Shown here: piece by piece, positions 31,468-42,234 of the stretch
Position numbering within the stretch: position 1 is the first letter of the stretch
Layout of the letters: every line of letters begins with the position of its first letter
NCBI GenBank assembly: GCA_965225855.1
Contig: CBDDCK010000005.1
Span: 480,001-544,000, forward strand
Direction of reading: 5' to 3'
From: Spirochaetia bacterium
GTDB taxonomy: Bacteria; Spirochaetota; Spirochaetia; SP-2023
Length of the DNA: 64,000 nt
The notes under the pieces: model-generated
Told to the model about the DNA's origin: nothing
The model's input: only the letters and a program-made list of their open reading frames with translations
The model's database searches: none
Position numbers and translations under genes: made by a program

Positions 31468-33861
31468 TTACCCAATATTCCCATGTTGCAGTTTTTGATT
31501 TTGCAATTTGCACTGCAATTTCAGCCCCGCGCTATTTCCTGTGGTATCTTGTAAGTAAGCTTGCCCTTCTTGGAGAAACAGCGGTATAGCAAAAAAATCG
31601 TCAATATTGGCAAGCTTGTTCAGCATTTCTATGTCCTCAAAACCTTGAATCACAATGCGCTCGCCCGGCTGTCCTTGGGGGTGCAATACTTCTACTTGGC
31701 GAGAGCCAGCAGTGCAAGCTTGTTTTTTTTCGCCTTTGTATGGTGAGACTGCCAAAATCATACCCATACTTTTTACGCCACGCAGTTTAACCGGCTTGAG
31801 ATTGGCCACAACCGCAACATTCTGGCCAAGTAATTCTTCAGCTTGGTAGTGTTCAGCCAAGCTAGAAACGATAGTGAGAGGCTCTGTTTCTCCACAGTCA
31901 ATTTTTTCGACAAAAAGGCGTTCTGCATCAGGGTGGGGCGCAATTTCGACAATGCGTCCCACACGCAGCTCGATACTTTTGGCCCACAGTTCAGAGCTAG
32001 GCTGGGGCTTTGCGCCCTGCTTTTGCTTTTTCTCTTGTTTGGGAGGCTGCTTGATTATTGGTTTTGGTGAGCGCTTGCTTTGGCTGCCGGCAAAACGCGC
32101 GCGCAATTCTTCTATACGTTCATTTTCTAACTGGTGGAATAAAATTTGCGGTTTAGGCAAAGGCTTTGCTGTATATAAATTTTGGTAGTTACCCAAATTC
32201 TGCCAGCTAAAAAAATTTTTTCCAATAGATTTATTAGGCTGAATCTCGGTCTCAACAGCAAGTAGGCCTAGCAATGAAAGCATTTTTTCAGCTGTTTGCG
32301 GCAAGTATGGGCGCAGGCAAATACTCAAATCATGGATCAAATAGACTAAAGCTGTCAGCCAAGCGTGGGTCAAAGTCCGATCGCTTTTTACCAGTATCCA
32401 AGGTTCTTTTTCTTGGAATATTTTATTGCCGTTATTCGACATATCCATAATGCGGTGCAGGGCGTCTTTGAGCTGGCTCCATTCCAGCTTTTCAGTAATT
32501 TCATTTTGTTGGCTACGCAATTCTTTGGCAAAGGCTACTAGCTTGCTATATTGCCAAACTTGCTCTGCTGGCAATAATTGGCCGCCAAAAAAACGCTGCA
32601 AAAAACTCAAACTGCGGTTGACTAAATTGCCCAAATTGCCAATCAATTCGCGATTTAATAGTTGTTGAAATTCACTCCAGGTAAATTCGTAGTCGCTTTT
32701 TTCTGGGCGGTTATAGTATAAATAAAAACGCCAGCAGTCGGCACTAATGCCTGTATCTTGGCAGTCATTGCCAAAAATACCTATACCGCGAGTTTTGGAA
32801 AATTTGCCACTTTCATAATTTAAATATTCAGACGATGACATGTGGTGCAGCATTGTCCAATGTTTTGGATTTTCTTGTGTTTTGTGTGCTTCTTGTACTT
32901 TGTGTGTTTGGGTTTTAGCCTGTGAGGCTAGTAGTGAGCTGGGGAATAATACAGTATGAAAAGGGATATTATCTTTGCCGATAAATTGGAATAGCTCGAC
33001 TTCTTTAGGGTTTTGCCACCAATTGCGCCAAGCATTTGCATTTTCACCGTGTTGCTCTAAAAGCTCTGCTGTAATGGAAATATAGGCAATGGGCGCATCA
33101 AACCAAACATAAAAGACTTTGCCGGGCATATCGGGAACGGGCACACCCCAGCTTAAATCCCGCGTAATGCAACGTTTTTTTAGACCATCTCGAATCCAGC
33201 TCTTGGTCATCTTCAAGGCGTTTTTGGCCCAACGGCCACGCTCACTAGCTTCATTGAGCCAAGTTTCCAGACGATCGTTTAATGCTGGCAAGTCGAGAAA
33301 TAAATGTTGTGTGCTACGTTGTTGCGGTTTTTGGCCACAGCTACCGCAGCGTGGCTCCAGTAAATCTATGGGTTCAAGCATTATTCCGCAATCTTCACAT
33401 TGGTCGCCGCGAGCATTTGTACTATGACAATGGGGGCAGCTACCGTGGATATAGCGATCGGCTAGGAAGCGGTTGCAATCCAAACAGAATGTTTGTTCCA
33501 TATCTTGTTTGTGGATAAAGCCATTGGCTTTAATTTCGCGGTAAAGATGCTGCACAATTTCTATTTGCTGTGGGCAAGAGCTACGGCCAAAATAGTCAAA
33601 GTCAATAGAAAACCATTCATAAATTTCTTTATGAATCTTGTGAAAGCGGTCGCAAAGTTCTTTAGGAGTTACTTTTTCCTGTGAGGCTTTAGTTTCGGTT
33701 GCTGTACCGTATTCATCAGAGCCACAGATGTACAAAGTTTCATAACCCCGTTGGCGGCAGAAACGGGCAAACACATCGGCGGACAATACTTGAATCAAGT
33801 TGCCTAAATGCGGAATATTATTGACATAAGGTAGGGCTGAGGTAATCAAACGCTTTTTCAT
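31468..33861 (-). CDS. metG: Methionine--tRNA ligase with C-terminal tRNA-binding domain
   Basis: ITSALPYVNNIPHLGN, Zn knuckles, YVWFDA, GKDNIPFH, KFSKT, C-terminal HPDAERL...NLKPVKLRGVKSMGM. Confidence 0.96.
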   Translation of the reverse strand: MKKRLITSALPYVNNIPHLGNLIQVLSADVFARFCRQRGYETLYICGSDEYGTATETKASQEKVTPKELCDRFHKIHKEIYEWFSIDFDYFGRSSCPQQIEIVQHLYREIKANGFIHKQDMEQTFCLDCNRFLADRYIHGSCPHCHSTNARGDQCEDCGIMLEPIDLLEPRCGSCGQKPQQRSTQHLFLDLPALNDRLETWLNEASERGRWAKNALKMTKSWIRDGLKKRCITRDLSWGVPVPDMPGKVFYVWFDAPIAYISITAELLEQHGENANAWRNWWQNPKEVELFQFIGKDNIPFHTVLFPSSLLASQAKTQTHKVQEAHKTQENPKHWTMLHHMSSSEYLNYESGKFSKTRGIGIFGNDCQDTGISADCWRFYLYYNRPEKSDYEFTWSEFQQLLNRELIGNLGNLVNRSLSFLQRFFGGQLLPAEQVWQYSKLVAFAKELRSQQNEITEKLEWSQLKDALHRIMDMSNNGNKIFQEKEPWILVKSDRTLTHAWLTALVYLIHDLSICLRPYLPQTAEKMLSLLGLLAVETEIQPNKSIGKNFFSWQNLGNYQNLYTAKPLPKPQILFHQLENERIEELRARFAGSQSKRSPKPIIKQPPKQEKKQKQGAKPQPSSELWAKSIELRVGRIVEIAPHPDAERLFVEKIDCGETEPLTIVSSLAEHYQAEELLGQNVAVVANLKPVKLRGVKSMGMILAVSPYKGEKKQACTAGSRQVEVLHPQGQPGERIVIQGFEDIEMLNKLANIDDFFAIPLFLQEGQAYLQDTTGNSAGLKLQCKLQNQKLQHGNIG

Positions 33862-33893
33862 ATTGCCTGTATTGTTCCTTATTTTTGCCAGTT

Positions 33894-34496
33894 TTACGCT
33901 AACCACGGCCGATTTTGGCGCAGTTTTTGTTCGTGGGCATAAATGGCTGCTTCACTAGCCAAAATCAAATCTATATCGTCCAAGCCTTCCAGCAAGCATT
34001 TGCGTTTAAAACTATCGATTTTAAAGCTATAGTTTTTATGTTCTACGCTTATATTTTGTTCAACTAAGTCTACCGTAAATTCTAGCCCCTGCTGGGCAAA
34101 CAAGCGCATTTCTTGGAGTTGTTCAGTGGCAATGATGGGTAGGGCTAAAATGCCATTTTTTACGGTATTACTGAGGAAAATATCGGCAAAACTTTCTGCG
34201 AGAATGACACGAATACCAAAATCGGCCAAGGCCCAAGGTGCGTGCTCACGAGAGGAACCACAGCCAAAATTCTTGCTAGAAATAAGTATTTTAGCTTCGC
34301 GGTAGGGTTTTTGGTTCAGCACAAAGTCTGAAATTTCCTGATTTTCTTGGTCATAACGCATTTCATGAAATAGATGGACTCCTAGGCCGGTGCGTTTAAC
34401 CGTTTTTAAAAAACCTTTTGGAATTAGCATATCAGTATCAATATTGTCAATATTGAGTGGTGCAGCAGCCCCTTTGACAACGGTAAATTTGTCCAT
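33894..34496 (-). CDS. leuD: 3-isopropylmalate dehydratase small subunit
   Basis: NIDTDMLIPK, NFGCGSSREHA, SFADIF, GLDDI. Confidence 0.96.
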   Translation of the reverse strand: MDKFTVVKGAAAPLNIDNIDTDMLIPKGFLKTVKRTGLGVHLFHEMRYDQENQEISDFVLNQKPYREAKILISSKNFGCGSSREHAPWALADFGIRVILAESFADIFLSNTVKNGILALPIIATEQLQEMRLFAQQGLEFTVDLVEQNISVEHKNYSFKIDSFKRKCLLEGLDDIDLILASEAAIYAHEQKLRQNRPWLA

Positions 34497-34543
34497 AGGT
34501 ATATTCTCCTCTTGGTTCTAATTATGTTTTTGAGCCGCTTTTG

Positions 34544-34939
34544 CTATTCTTGTTTTTCTTGGGCAGGGATTGTATGTTTTAACTCAAATCCCCGGACTAT
34601 GGCAAATGCGATCAATGCTAGCAAAAATACGCTAAGATACATCAAGGCTAAACTTTGTAGAGTTTCGATAATAAGGCGATATATTTCCAGAATACATCGG
34701 TATAAATTTAACTTGATTTTACCAGCGATATAATCTTCTAATTTATAAATATTGACGCCACCAGAAATGCCTGTTATGTAGGCGGCAAATTTTATATATT
34801 TATCCCAAGCCCTAGATATTTTATCTTGAATAATGCGCTGAAATATTGCCGAAACAGGTGCATCGAAAACTTTAACCACAGTATAAGAGACAATAACGGG
34901 AATGAAAAATGTAATAACGAATAATAATACAGAAAACAT
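34544..34939 (-). CDS. Small hypothetical membrane protein between leuC and leuD
   Basis: 131 aa, about 3 TM segments, AAGGA SD, co-directional with leuCD. Confidence 0.7.
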   Translation of the reverse strand: MFSVLLFVITFFIPVIVSYTVVKVFDAPVSAIFQRIIQDKISRAWDKYIKFAAYITGISGGVNIYKLEDYIAGKIKLNLYRCILEIYRLIIETLQSLALMYLSVFLLALIAFAIVRGFELKHTIPAQEKQE

Positions 34940-34949
34940 TGTTTGTCCT

Positions 34950-36356
34950 TTATTTTTCGATCAATTCGCGCACATCGCAGATATGGCCTTCAACGGCAGC
35001 AGCAGCAGCCATCGCGGGGCTCATCAAATGGGTGCGGCCGCCTCGCCCTTGGCGCCCTTCAAAGTTGCGATTTGAAGTGGAAGCACAGCGTTCATTGGGC
35101 AAAAGTTGATCGCCATTCATCGCTAAGCACATCGAACAGCCTGGCATGCGCCATTCAAAGCCGGCCTCAATAAAAATTTTGTCTAGCCCTTCTTTTTCTG
35201 CCTGTAAACGCACGGGCATGGAACCGGGCACAATTAGAGCTTGTTTGATATTAGAAGCAATTTTCCTTTGGCCTTTGGTTGCGGCGGCTTTTAATACTTT
35301 GGCTGCTTCGCGAATATCTTCAATTCGGCTGTTTGTGCAGGAACCAATAAAAATCTTATCAATTTGCACATCTGCCAGTTTGGTGCCCGGTTGTAGGCCA
35401 ATATAATCTAGTGTTCTTTGTTTTGTTGGGCTAGTGGCTTTCGGCACAACACCATTGATATTTAAAACATCTTCAGGCGAAGTGCCCCAAGTTACCTGAG
35501 GCTCTATATCGGCAGCATCAAATTGTAGTTCTTTGTCAAATACCGCATCGTCATCTGTTTTGAGGCTAAGCCAATGGGCCATAGCCTGCTCCCACTCTTG
35601 CCCTTTGGGCGACATTGCGCGTTCTTTCAAATAGTTAAAAATTGTTTGATCGGGAGCAACCATGGCAACGCGGGCCCCAGCTTCAATCCCCATATTGCAG
35701 ACCGTCATACGGCCAGCGATACTCATATTTTCAAATACACTGCCGGCAAATTCAATGGCATAACCAGTACCGCCTGCTGTTCCAATTTGTCCAATTACAT
35801 AAAGAATAGCATCTTTAGGCCTCACATATGGGCTAAGCTTGCCATCAATACAAATGCGCATATTCTTCATTTTGCGTTGCAACAAACATTGGCTGGCCAT
35901 CACTTGTTCCACTTCTGATGTGCCGATACCAAAGGCAATCGTACCAAAAGCCCCATGGGTAGCGGTATGCGAATCACCACAAACTACAGTACTGCCAGGT
36001 AGTATAAAACCCCGCTCGGGGGCAATAACATGGCAAACACCGTTGTATTTGTGCCCTAAGGGATAGTATTCAATATCACTTTCCTCGGTATTGTGGGCTA
36101 AGGTTTCCAATTGGATTTTGGCTTGTTCGTCTACAATCGTTTCAATGTTACAAGTTGGGGTATTGTGGTCGGCAACCGCTAATAATTTGTGCTTGTTGCG
36201 CACGGTGCGATCTTTGAGTTTTAAACCTTCAAATGCTTGTGGTGAGGTAACTTCATGGACAATCATGCGGTCTATATAAAGCAGGCTGGTTCCATCGGAT
36301 CGTTTTTCTACTTCATGTTCTTTCCATATTTTATCATAGAGGGTTTCGCCTGGCAT
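34950..36356 (-). CDS. leuC: 3-isopropylmalate dehydratase large subunit
   Basis: [49 protein letters not shown]. Confidence 0.97.
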   Translation of the reverse strand: MPGETLYDKIWKEHEVEKRSDGTSLLYIDRMIVHEVTSPQAFEGLKLKDRTVRNKHKLLAVADHNTPTCNIETIVDEQAKIQLETLAHNTEESDIEYYPLGHKYNGVCHVIAPERGFILPGSTVVCGDSHTATHGAFGTIAFGIGTSEVEQVMASQCLLQRKMKNMRICIDGKLSPYVRPKDAILYVIGQIGTAGGTGYAIEFAGSVFENMSIAGRMTVCNMGIEAGARVAMVAPDQTIFNYLKERAMSPKGQEWEQAMAHWLSLKTDDDAVFDKELQFDAADIEPQVTWGTSPEDVLNINGVVPKATSPTKQRTLDYIGLQPGTKLADVQIDKIFIGSCTNSRIEDIREAAKVLKAAATKGQRKIASNIKQALIVPGSMPVRLQAEKEGLDKIFIEAGFEWRMPGCSMCLAMNGDQLLPNERCASTSNRNFEGRQGRGGRTHLMSPAMAAAAAVEGHICDVRELIEK

Positions 36357-36901
36357 CGGTGTCTCCTTTTTATTTAGCTTTAAAAGTTTATGTTCTGTAA
36401 TCTCTTATTCTTAACCGAATGTAGTCTCTTCAGAGACAAGCTTGGCCCAGCTAGAATAGTGAAATTACTTTATAAGCGCAATCAATAATTTTTGTAAGAC
36501 TAAATATAAAAGATATTTATAAATTGTTTATGATTTAACTATGGTACAAGGCTCTTTTGTTTTACAATGCAGTGTAAATTTTGGGAAAATTTTGAAATCT
36601 ATTATAAAAACTGTTTTTCGATTAGGCAAGAGGGATTCCCATGTGGGCAAAACAACAATACATAAAGCAATAGTTTGTTTTTGTGCTTTGTGTCTTGTCA
36701 GTTGTTTTGGTATCACAACGCAAAATCAAACACTATTAAACCATAAGCGTTCTCGCAATCTCAACCCAACCGTGAAGGCTATCGGGTTTATCAAGTTGAC
36801 AATTGGGCCTAAGCTTTGCTAAAATTTTCTCAATTGATGGAGCTCGACCCATATTATACTTATTAATGAATTTCATGCGGTGATTTCTCTCGGCGATAAA
36901 A

Positions 36902-38671
36902 TTGGCAACAAAATTAGATTTTATTGACAGTATGCCCAATCGTTTACAGCTTTGTGTGTTCCACTACCACTTAAAGCCCGGTGGGGTTACCGATGTTATT
37001 ATGGGCTGGATTCGCGTCTTGGCGCGTTATTCGGCAGAAATTTTCCCCCAATATCGAGAGCTTGTGGTGCGCGTATGTTGTGGCAGCGCAGAAAATGTAG
37101 CACAATTGCAGTCAGAAGATTTTGGTTTGCTAACTGTTGATTTTGCGATAGACAGCCGGCTCGGTTATGACAATCAAGATATACTATCTTTTGGCAAAGA
37201 TTATCCCAAACATATAGAGCAAGTGGCGACGCATTTATTAGAGCATTACAACGCTAAAGGTTGGGATAATTTATGGTGGCTGCACAATTATCATTTGGGG
37301 AAAAACGTCGATTATACTCAAGCGTTGCTTCAAATTGTTCAGCAGCTAAAGCCGGCCAATTTAAGCTTTTTATTGCATATTCACGATTTTCCCGAATGTG
37401 GGCGACTTGCGCTGTATCAAAAATTGCTTCAAAGTCAGTGCAGTTTGTATAGTCAATGTTCTGCCGAAGTTGCTCTGCTGTATCCAATTGCGCCTAATGT
37501 TTGTTATAGCACAATCAACAAGAGGGATTTACAAATTCTGCGAGATGCTGGTTTACCAGAGCAGAAATTATTTTTTTTGCCAAATCCTGTGATATTTGAT
37601 GATTTAACAAAATTTCCTGTCGATAGCGCTTCTTTGCGCATGCAATTTAACCAAAATTTTTGTTTGCCAGATGCGCCATTGGCATTGTATCCAGTGCGCT
37701 GTATTCGGCGCAAAAATATTTTAGAACTGGCACTGCTGAATGTATTGACCAAAAAGCCGTGGAATTTGGTTTGTACTTTGCCCGGGGTATCGGAGAGTGA
37801 ACAGCTTTATTCAAAACAGGTTGAAAACTTATATCAAAATGGGGTGATTCAAGGTGCTTGCCATGTTGGCCTGCAATTAGAGCAAAAAGGCTGGAGCTTT
37901 GCCATGTTGTGCCATGCTGCTGATATTATTGTTTCTAGCTCTGTGATGGAGGGTTTTGGCTTTACTTATTTTAACTCGATGTACTGGGGCAAAACTTTAT
38001 TTGCTCGCTATCTTGATGTTCTACAAGGTTTTGAGCATTGTTTTGAACCTGCGTTGTCCCTATTTTATCGCCAACTAAAAATTCCACTGTACAAGCTTAA
38101 TGGTAGGGTAGACCCTATATTAGCAGAATTATATTTTGAGCTACAACAAAAATATAGCAATTACATGCTTGGCTTGCCAGCTTTTGTGGGTAGGGAATTG
38201 CAACGTGAATTTAGCAAATTGCTTAAGCCGTCTGGTGAGCAGCTGCCCGAATATTTGGATTTTGCTTTATTCAATTTAGCCCAGCAAAAAAAACTTTTAT
38301 GGCGCTTGCACCATCATAAAAATGATACTGAAGATTGTTTTTTGCTAGCTTGCCGCCAAGCAAACTCAAATCTACTACAAGGTTTTGAATCTTTTCTATT
38401 TTATTCTGAAAATTTGCTTAAAAATCCTTCTGAAAATAAAGTGCAGCAAAATCGCAAAGATCTTGTTCGCAAAGATCTTGCCACCGAATTTGCACCACAA
38501 CGCCTTGCAAAAATTTTCAAGCAAGCGAGTATGGCTTGTTTGTCTGATCGTTTTGTGCTTGAGCCCAAATGTGCTGTTGATTTAGCTGCGATTAGCTATA
38601 ATGTTTTGCGTTCCTTTAGCAAATGGCAATATCATTATGCTATTTTATTGGACGATTGCTTGGGAAAATAA
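36902..38671 (+). CDS. GT-B fold (family 4-like) glycosyltransferase
   Basis: HYHLKPGGVTDV, HNYHLGKN, HIHDFPE, YPVRCIRRKN, SVMEGFG. Confidence 0.75.
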   Translation: MATKLDFIDSMPNRLQLCVFHYHLKPGGVTDVIMGWIRVLARYSAEIFPQYRELVVRVCCGSAENVAQLQSEDFGLLTVDFAIDSRLGYDNQDILSFGKDYPKHIEQVATHLLEHYNAKGWDNLWWLHNYHLGKNVDYTQALLQIVQQLKPANLSFLLHIHDFPECGRLALYQKLLQSQCSLYSQCSAEVALLYPIAPNVCYSTINKRDLQILRDAGLPEQKLFFLPNPVIFDDLTKFPVDSASLRMQFNQNFCLPDAPLALYPVRCIRRKNILELALLNVLTKKPWNLVCTLPGVSESEQLYSKQVENLYQNGVIQGACHVGLQLEQKGWSFAMLCHAADIIVSSSVMEGFGFTYFNSMYWGKTLFARYLDVLQGFEHCFEPALSLFYRQLKIPLYKLNGRVDPILAELYFELQQKYSNYMLGLPAFVGRELQREFSKLLKPSGEQLPEYLDFALFNLAQQKKLLWRLHHHKNDTEDCFLLACRQANSNLLQGFESFLFYSENLLKNPSENKVQQNRKDLVRKDLATEFAPQRLAKIFKQASMACLSDRFVLEPKCAVDLAAISYNVLRSFSKWQYHYAILLDDCLGK

Positions 38672-38832
38672 ATATTTCCATGTGAGTAAAAAACTGTGAT
38701 AGATAGAAAAATTCTCAAAATAATGCATGAATATTTTGTAAATAGCGAAGAGGCCAAGCAACTGTTAAATGATAATAGAGGACCTTTAGATAAAAATGGA
38801 AAGCAATGCTACTCAATGATTAATCAAATACC

Positions 38833-40680
38833 TTGATGATATTCTCAACCGTAGAGAGCTTACAAAAGCAAAACAAAGTCCAAAACGAAAAATTAAAGGT
38901 GCTGAAACAATTATTTCCTGAAGTCATCAATTCCGATGGGCAATTAGACATCAACGCCCTTCAAGACTTCATAAGCCTTAACCAAACCACCGCCAACAAC
39001 AAAGGCTATGAACTTACCTTTGCCGGCAAGGGCTTGGCCAAAGCTAGAGCCAGCAGCGAAACGCCTTATGAACTCAAAACCGAAACAGAGCAAAGCAAAA
39101 ATTGGCACAGCACCGAAAATGTCATGATTCGGGGCGACAATTTAGAAGTATTGAAAATCTTGAAGGCAAATTATTTTGCAAAAGTTAAAATGATTTACAT
39201 AGACCCACCTTATAACACCAAAAGTGAAAACTTCATTTATAACGACAACTTCAAAAAAAACGAAAAAGATTTAATCAAAGACTTTGGTTTGGACGAAAAC
39301 ACCACAGACTTTTTAAGTAATGTTTATGGTACTCGTAGCCACAGTGGTTGGTTGGCGTTTATGTACCCTAGATTGAAATTAGCGCGTGATTTACTCAAAG
39401 ACGATGGCGTGATTTTCATCAGCATAGACGACAACGAACAAGCGAATCTAAAAATTCTTTGCGATGAGATTTTTGGCGAAGATAATTTTGTTGCCCAATT
39501 TGTTTGGAAGACAACAAAAAGCGCACAAGGTATGAAAACCAAAAACATGATTGTGAACAATCAAGAAATAATTTTTACCTATGCAAAGGACAGCAATATT
39601 TTTGAATTTATCGGTATGGAAAGAAATGATGTTGGGTTTTCCAATCCGGATAATGATCGAAGGGGGGCATGGAAAAGGCAGTATTTGCAAAGATTAGGGC
39701 AGAATCTATCAAAAAAGAGAATTGTCGATCCTATCACCAACATATCATATGAGTTTGAGACTCCTTATACTCAAGAAAAATTAGAACGTTGGATTGAAGA
39801 AGAAAGAATTATTTTTCCCAAAAATAAAAATGGCTACCCAGCTAGAAAAGAATTTTTAAGTGAATATAAAAATAATAAACAGTTGGTAACCAGTTTAGAT
39901 TTATACCCTACAAAATCATATACTGAAAAAGTTTATAAGTTTTTTGACAACTATAAAATATTTAATAACCCAAAACCGGACGATTTAATTAAATTCCTTA
40001 TCAAGAATAGCTTTAATACAAATAATGATATTATCCTAGATTTTTTTGCGGGTTCGGGCACTACCGGCGATGCGGTAATGCAATTAAATAATGAAGATGG
40101 CGGCAATAGAAAATTTATCTTAGTACAATGGGACGAAGCCATAAAAGAAAATACCGAAGCGTATCAATTTTGTATTGAAAATAACTTTGAGCCGGTAATT
40201 TCCAGTATTACCATAGAGAGACTAAATCGTGCGGGGGCTAAACTCAAACAAGAGCAAAAAGCCAAAGAAGGCATATTTGAAAGTGAAAAATTGGATATAG
40301 GCTATAAAGTCTTTTCGCTCAAGCCAAAACCGAAAATTATAGAAGACGATAATCATTTATTTACTTTAGAAAACCAAAGAGAACATACTACCGATACTGT
40401 ATATAATATGCTTTGCGCCACCAATAAACCTTTGCACACGCCTGTACAAGAACGTATTGCCGATAGTTTGTATTTGGTGGAACATATAGCAAAGGGCACA
40501 ATGCAAAAAAGTTTTTATTTGCTCAATATACCCAATGAGGAAATAGCCAAACAGATAATTGCTGAATTGGACAAAAATCCCGATAGCCAAATTTATATAG
40601 ATGGCTATAGTAGTATCAAACTGCAAAATTGGCTAAATTTGGGTATCGAGAGTAAAGAGAGTGTAAGGGTGGTTTATTAG
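38833..40680 (+). CDS. mod: Type III RM methyltransferase (mod-1), no adjacent res
   Basis: [46 protein letters not shown]; start codon uncertain. Confidence 0.92.
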   Translation: MMIFSTVESLQKQNKVQNEKLKVLKQLFPEVINSDGQLDINALQDFISLNQTTANNKGYELTFAGKGLAKARASSETPYELKTETEQSKNWHSTENVMIRGDNLEVLKILKANYFAKVKMIYIDPPYNTKSENFIYNDNFKKNEKDLIKDFGLDENTTDFLSNVYGTRSHSGWLAFMYPRLKLARDLLKDDGVIFISIDDNEQANLKILCDEIFGEDNFVAQFVWKTTKSAQGMKTKNMIVNNQEIIFTYAKDSNIFEFIGMERNDVGFSNPDNDRRGAWKRQYLQRLGQNLSKKRIVDPITNISYEFETPYTQEKLERWIEEERIIFPKNKNGYPARKEFLSEYKNNKQLVTSLDLYPTKSYTEKVYKFFDNYKIFNNPKPDDLIKFLIKNSFNTNNDIILDFFAGSGTTGDAVMQLNNEDGGNRKFILVQWDEAIKENTEAYQFCIENNFEPVISSITIERLNRAGAKLKQEQKAKEGIFESEKLDIGYKVFSLKPKPKIIEDDNHLFTLENQREHTTDTVYNMLCATNKPLHTPVQERIADSLYLVEHIAKGTMQKSFYLLNIPNEEIAKQIIAELDKNPDSQIYIDGYSSIKLQNWLNLGIESKESVRVVY

Positions 40681-40716
40681 AAATAATTTCATTATAGCAA
40701 TTTTATTGGGGAAACA

Positions 40717-41136
40717 ATGATGGATAACAACAGAATAAAACATTTGGAGTTTTTGCAAAATATCATTACTAGAATGAATACCAATTCATTCCAAATAAAA
40801 ACTTTTACCGTTACTATGGTATCTGCGCTGTTAGCGGTTTTTGCCTCTACTAAAAATGAATTATTTATTTTGATTGGAGTTTTTGCAGTGTTGTTGTTTT
40901 GGTTTTTGGATAGTTATTATTTGCAGCAAGAAAGAAAATTTAGAGGCATCTATAACAATATTTCTGGCCTAAAAAAAGATGTTGCAATTAAAGATTTTGA
41001 AATGCCTATACATAAGTTTGTTGGTGGGCAGTTCAATTATTGGCAAGTATTTTGTTCTAAGACAATATGCTTATTTTATGGCTTTATTATAAGTTCCTTG
41101 ATAATAATTTTTATTGTTTTTAATTTTTGTTATTAA
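40717..41136 (+). CDS. Small membrane protein, putative defence effector
   Basis: 139 aa, about 3 TM; HLEFLQNIITRMNTNSFQIK and LDSYYLQQERKFR. Confidence 0.7.
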   Translation: MMDNNRIKHLEFLQNIITRMNTNSFQIKTFTVTMVSALLAVFASTKNELFILIGVFAVLLFWFLDSYYLQQERKFRGIYNNISGLKKDVAIKDFEMPIHKFVGGQFNYWQVFCSKTICLFYGFIISSLIIIFIVFNFCY

Positions 41137-41200
41137 GGTTTTGTTGATTATTAGGGTTGGGGATAAAATTTTTATCTTAATGTAAAGAAAAGTAGAGTTT

Positions 41201-41254
41201 ATGATAAACAAAAAAGAGTTGAGTCAAAATGCTATAAAAACCGTAGACAGTTAA
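41201..41254 (+). pseudogene. 17-codon 5' stub of a mod gene
   Basis: MINKKELSQNAIKTVDS* aligns without gaps to MINQSDLPKHNIPSLDS (mod-3) and MLTEQDLSQHNIKSLD (42055 stub). Confidence 0.55.
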
Positions 41255-41332
41255 AAAATGGAATATTGAGTTTTAAAGATTTCGCTTATGGATTAAAACA
41301 AAAGCAATTCATAATTCATCAAGGGAGAATAA

Positions 41333-41752
41333 ATGGTGAATGAAGATATAAGATGGCAACAGCGGTTTTTGAATTTTCAAAAAGCATTTCATCAACTCCA
41401 TGAAGCTATGGAGATTTTAGAAAAACGCCCTTTAACTAATTTAGAAAGGCAAGGTTTCATTCAAGCCTTTGAATATACCCACGAGTTAGCTTGGAAAACC
41501 ATGAAAGACTTTTTAGAATACAAGGGCAATACACAAACCATTTATGGTTCAAAAGACGCCACAAGAGAAGCGTTTAACGTAAATCTTATCACGCATGGAG
41601 AAGATTGGATGCGTATGATAAACAGCAGGAATTTAACCTCACACACTTATAATGAGGCTAAAGTACAAGAAATTATAAAGCTTATATCAAACAATTACTT
41701 TGTTAGATTTGTAGAATTTAAGGAAAAATTTCAAGAGCTTCAAAACCAGTAA
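41333..41752 (+). CDS. HEPN protein (HI0074-like nucleotidyltransferase substrate-binding family)
   Basis: GFIQAFEYTHELAWK and RNLTSH (RX4H). Confidence 0.88.
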   Translation: MVNEDIRWQQRFLNFQKAFHQLHEAMEILEKRPLTNLERQGFIQAFEYTHELAWKTMKDFLEYKGNTQTIYGSKDATREAFNVNLITHGEDWMRMINSRNLTSHTYNEAKVQEIIKLISNNYFVRFVEFKEKFQELQNQ

Positions 41753-41753
41753 T

Positions 41754-42053
41754 ATGTTCGGATTATCGCAAATCACGATAGATTCTATCAATGCAATTTT
41801 TGTAAATTATCAAAGTATTTTAAAGGTTATCGTGTATGGTTCAAGGGCAAAAGGCAATTACAAAGAAGGCTCTGATATAGATTTGGCTTTATTTGGCAAT
41901 GGCTTGGATTTTAAGGTTATCAGTGAAATAGATTGCAAAATTGATGATTTGATGTTGCCCTACAAAATAGACCTTTGCATTTACAATCATTTGGAAAACA
42001 GCGACTTAAAAGATCATATCAATAAAGTAGGTAGGCTTTTCTTTGAGAAATAA
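41754..42053 (+). CDS. Minimal nucleotidyltransferase (MNT), partner of the HEPN protein
   Basis: YGSRAKGNYKEGSDIDL, LPYKIDL; 99 aa. Confidence 0.9.
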   Translation: MFGLSQITIDSINAIFVNYQSILKVIVYGSRAKGNYKEGSDIDLALFGNGLDFKVISEIDCKIDDLMLPYKIDLCIYNHLENSDLKDHINKVGRLFFEK

Positions 42054-42054
42054 C

Positions 42055-42210
42055 ATGCTAACTGAACAAGATTTAAGCCAACACAACATCAAAAGCCTAG
42101 ACCCTTCGCAAACGCACAAGGAAAGCCAAAACGCAACACTACAAGCCCTCAAACAATTATTGCCGGAAGTCATCAATGCCGATGGGCCGATGGCCAATTG
42201 AATATTGAGG
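42055..42210 (+). pseudogene. 5' fragment of a mod-3-like gene with an 8-bp duplication
   Basis: MLTEQDLSQHNIKSLDPSQTHKESQNATLQALKQLLPEVINADG; DNA closely matches 58419-58566; GCCGATGG is doubled at 42178-42193. Confidence 0.9.
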
Positions 42211-42234
42211 TCAAATTGAAGGTAGAATTACTAT

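Noticed and set aside
36528..36939. Short ORFs between leuC and the glycosyltransferase
   Set aside because: They overlap on both strands with no recognisable motif or clear SD; this is more likely the divergent promoter region, though a small gene cannot be excluded.
42006..42197. Repeated antisense ORFs (42006-42197, 58391-58612, 39951-40142, 54113-54310, 59528-59800)
   Set aside because: They are reverse-strand shadows of duplicated mod sequence, not independent genes.
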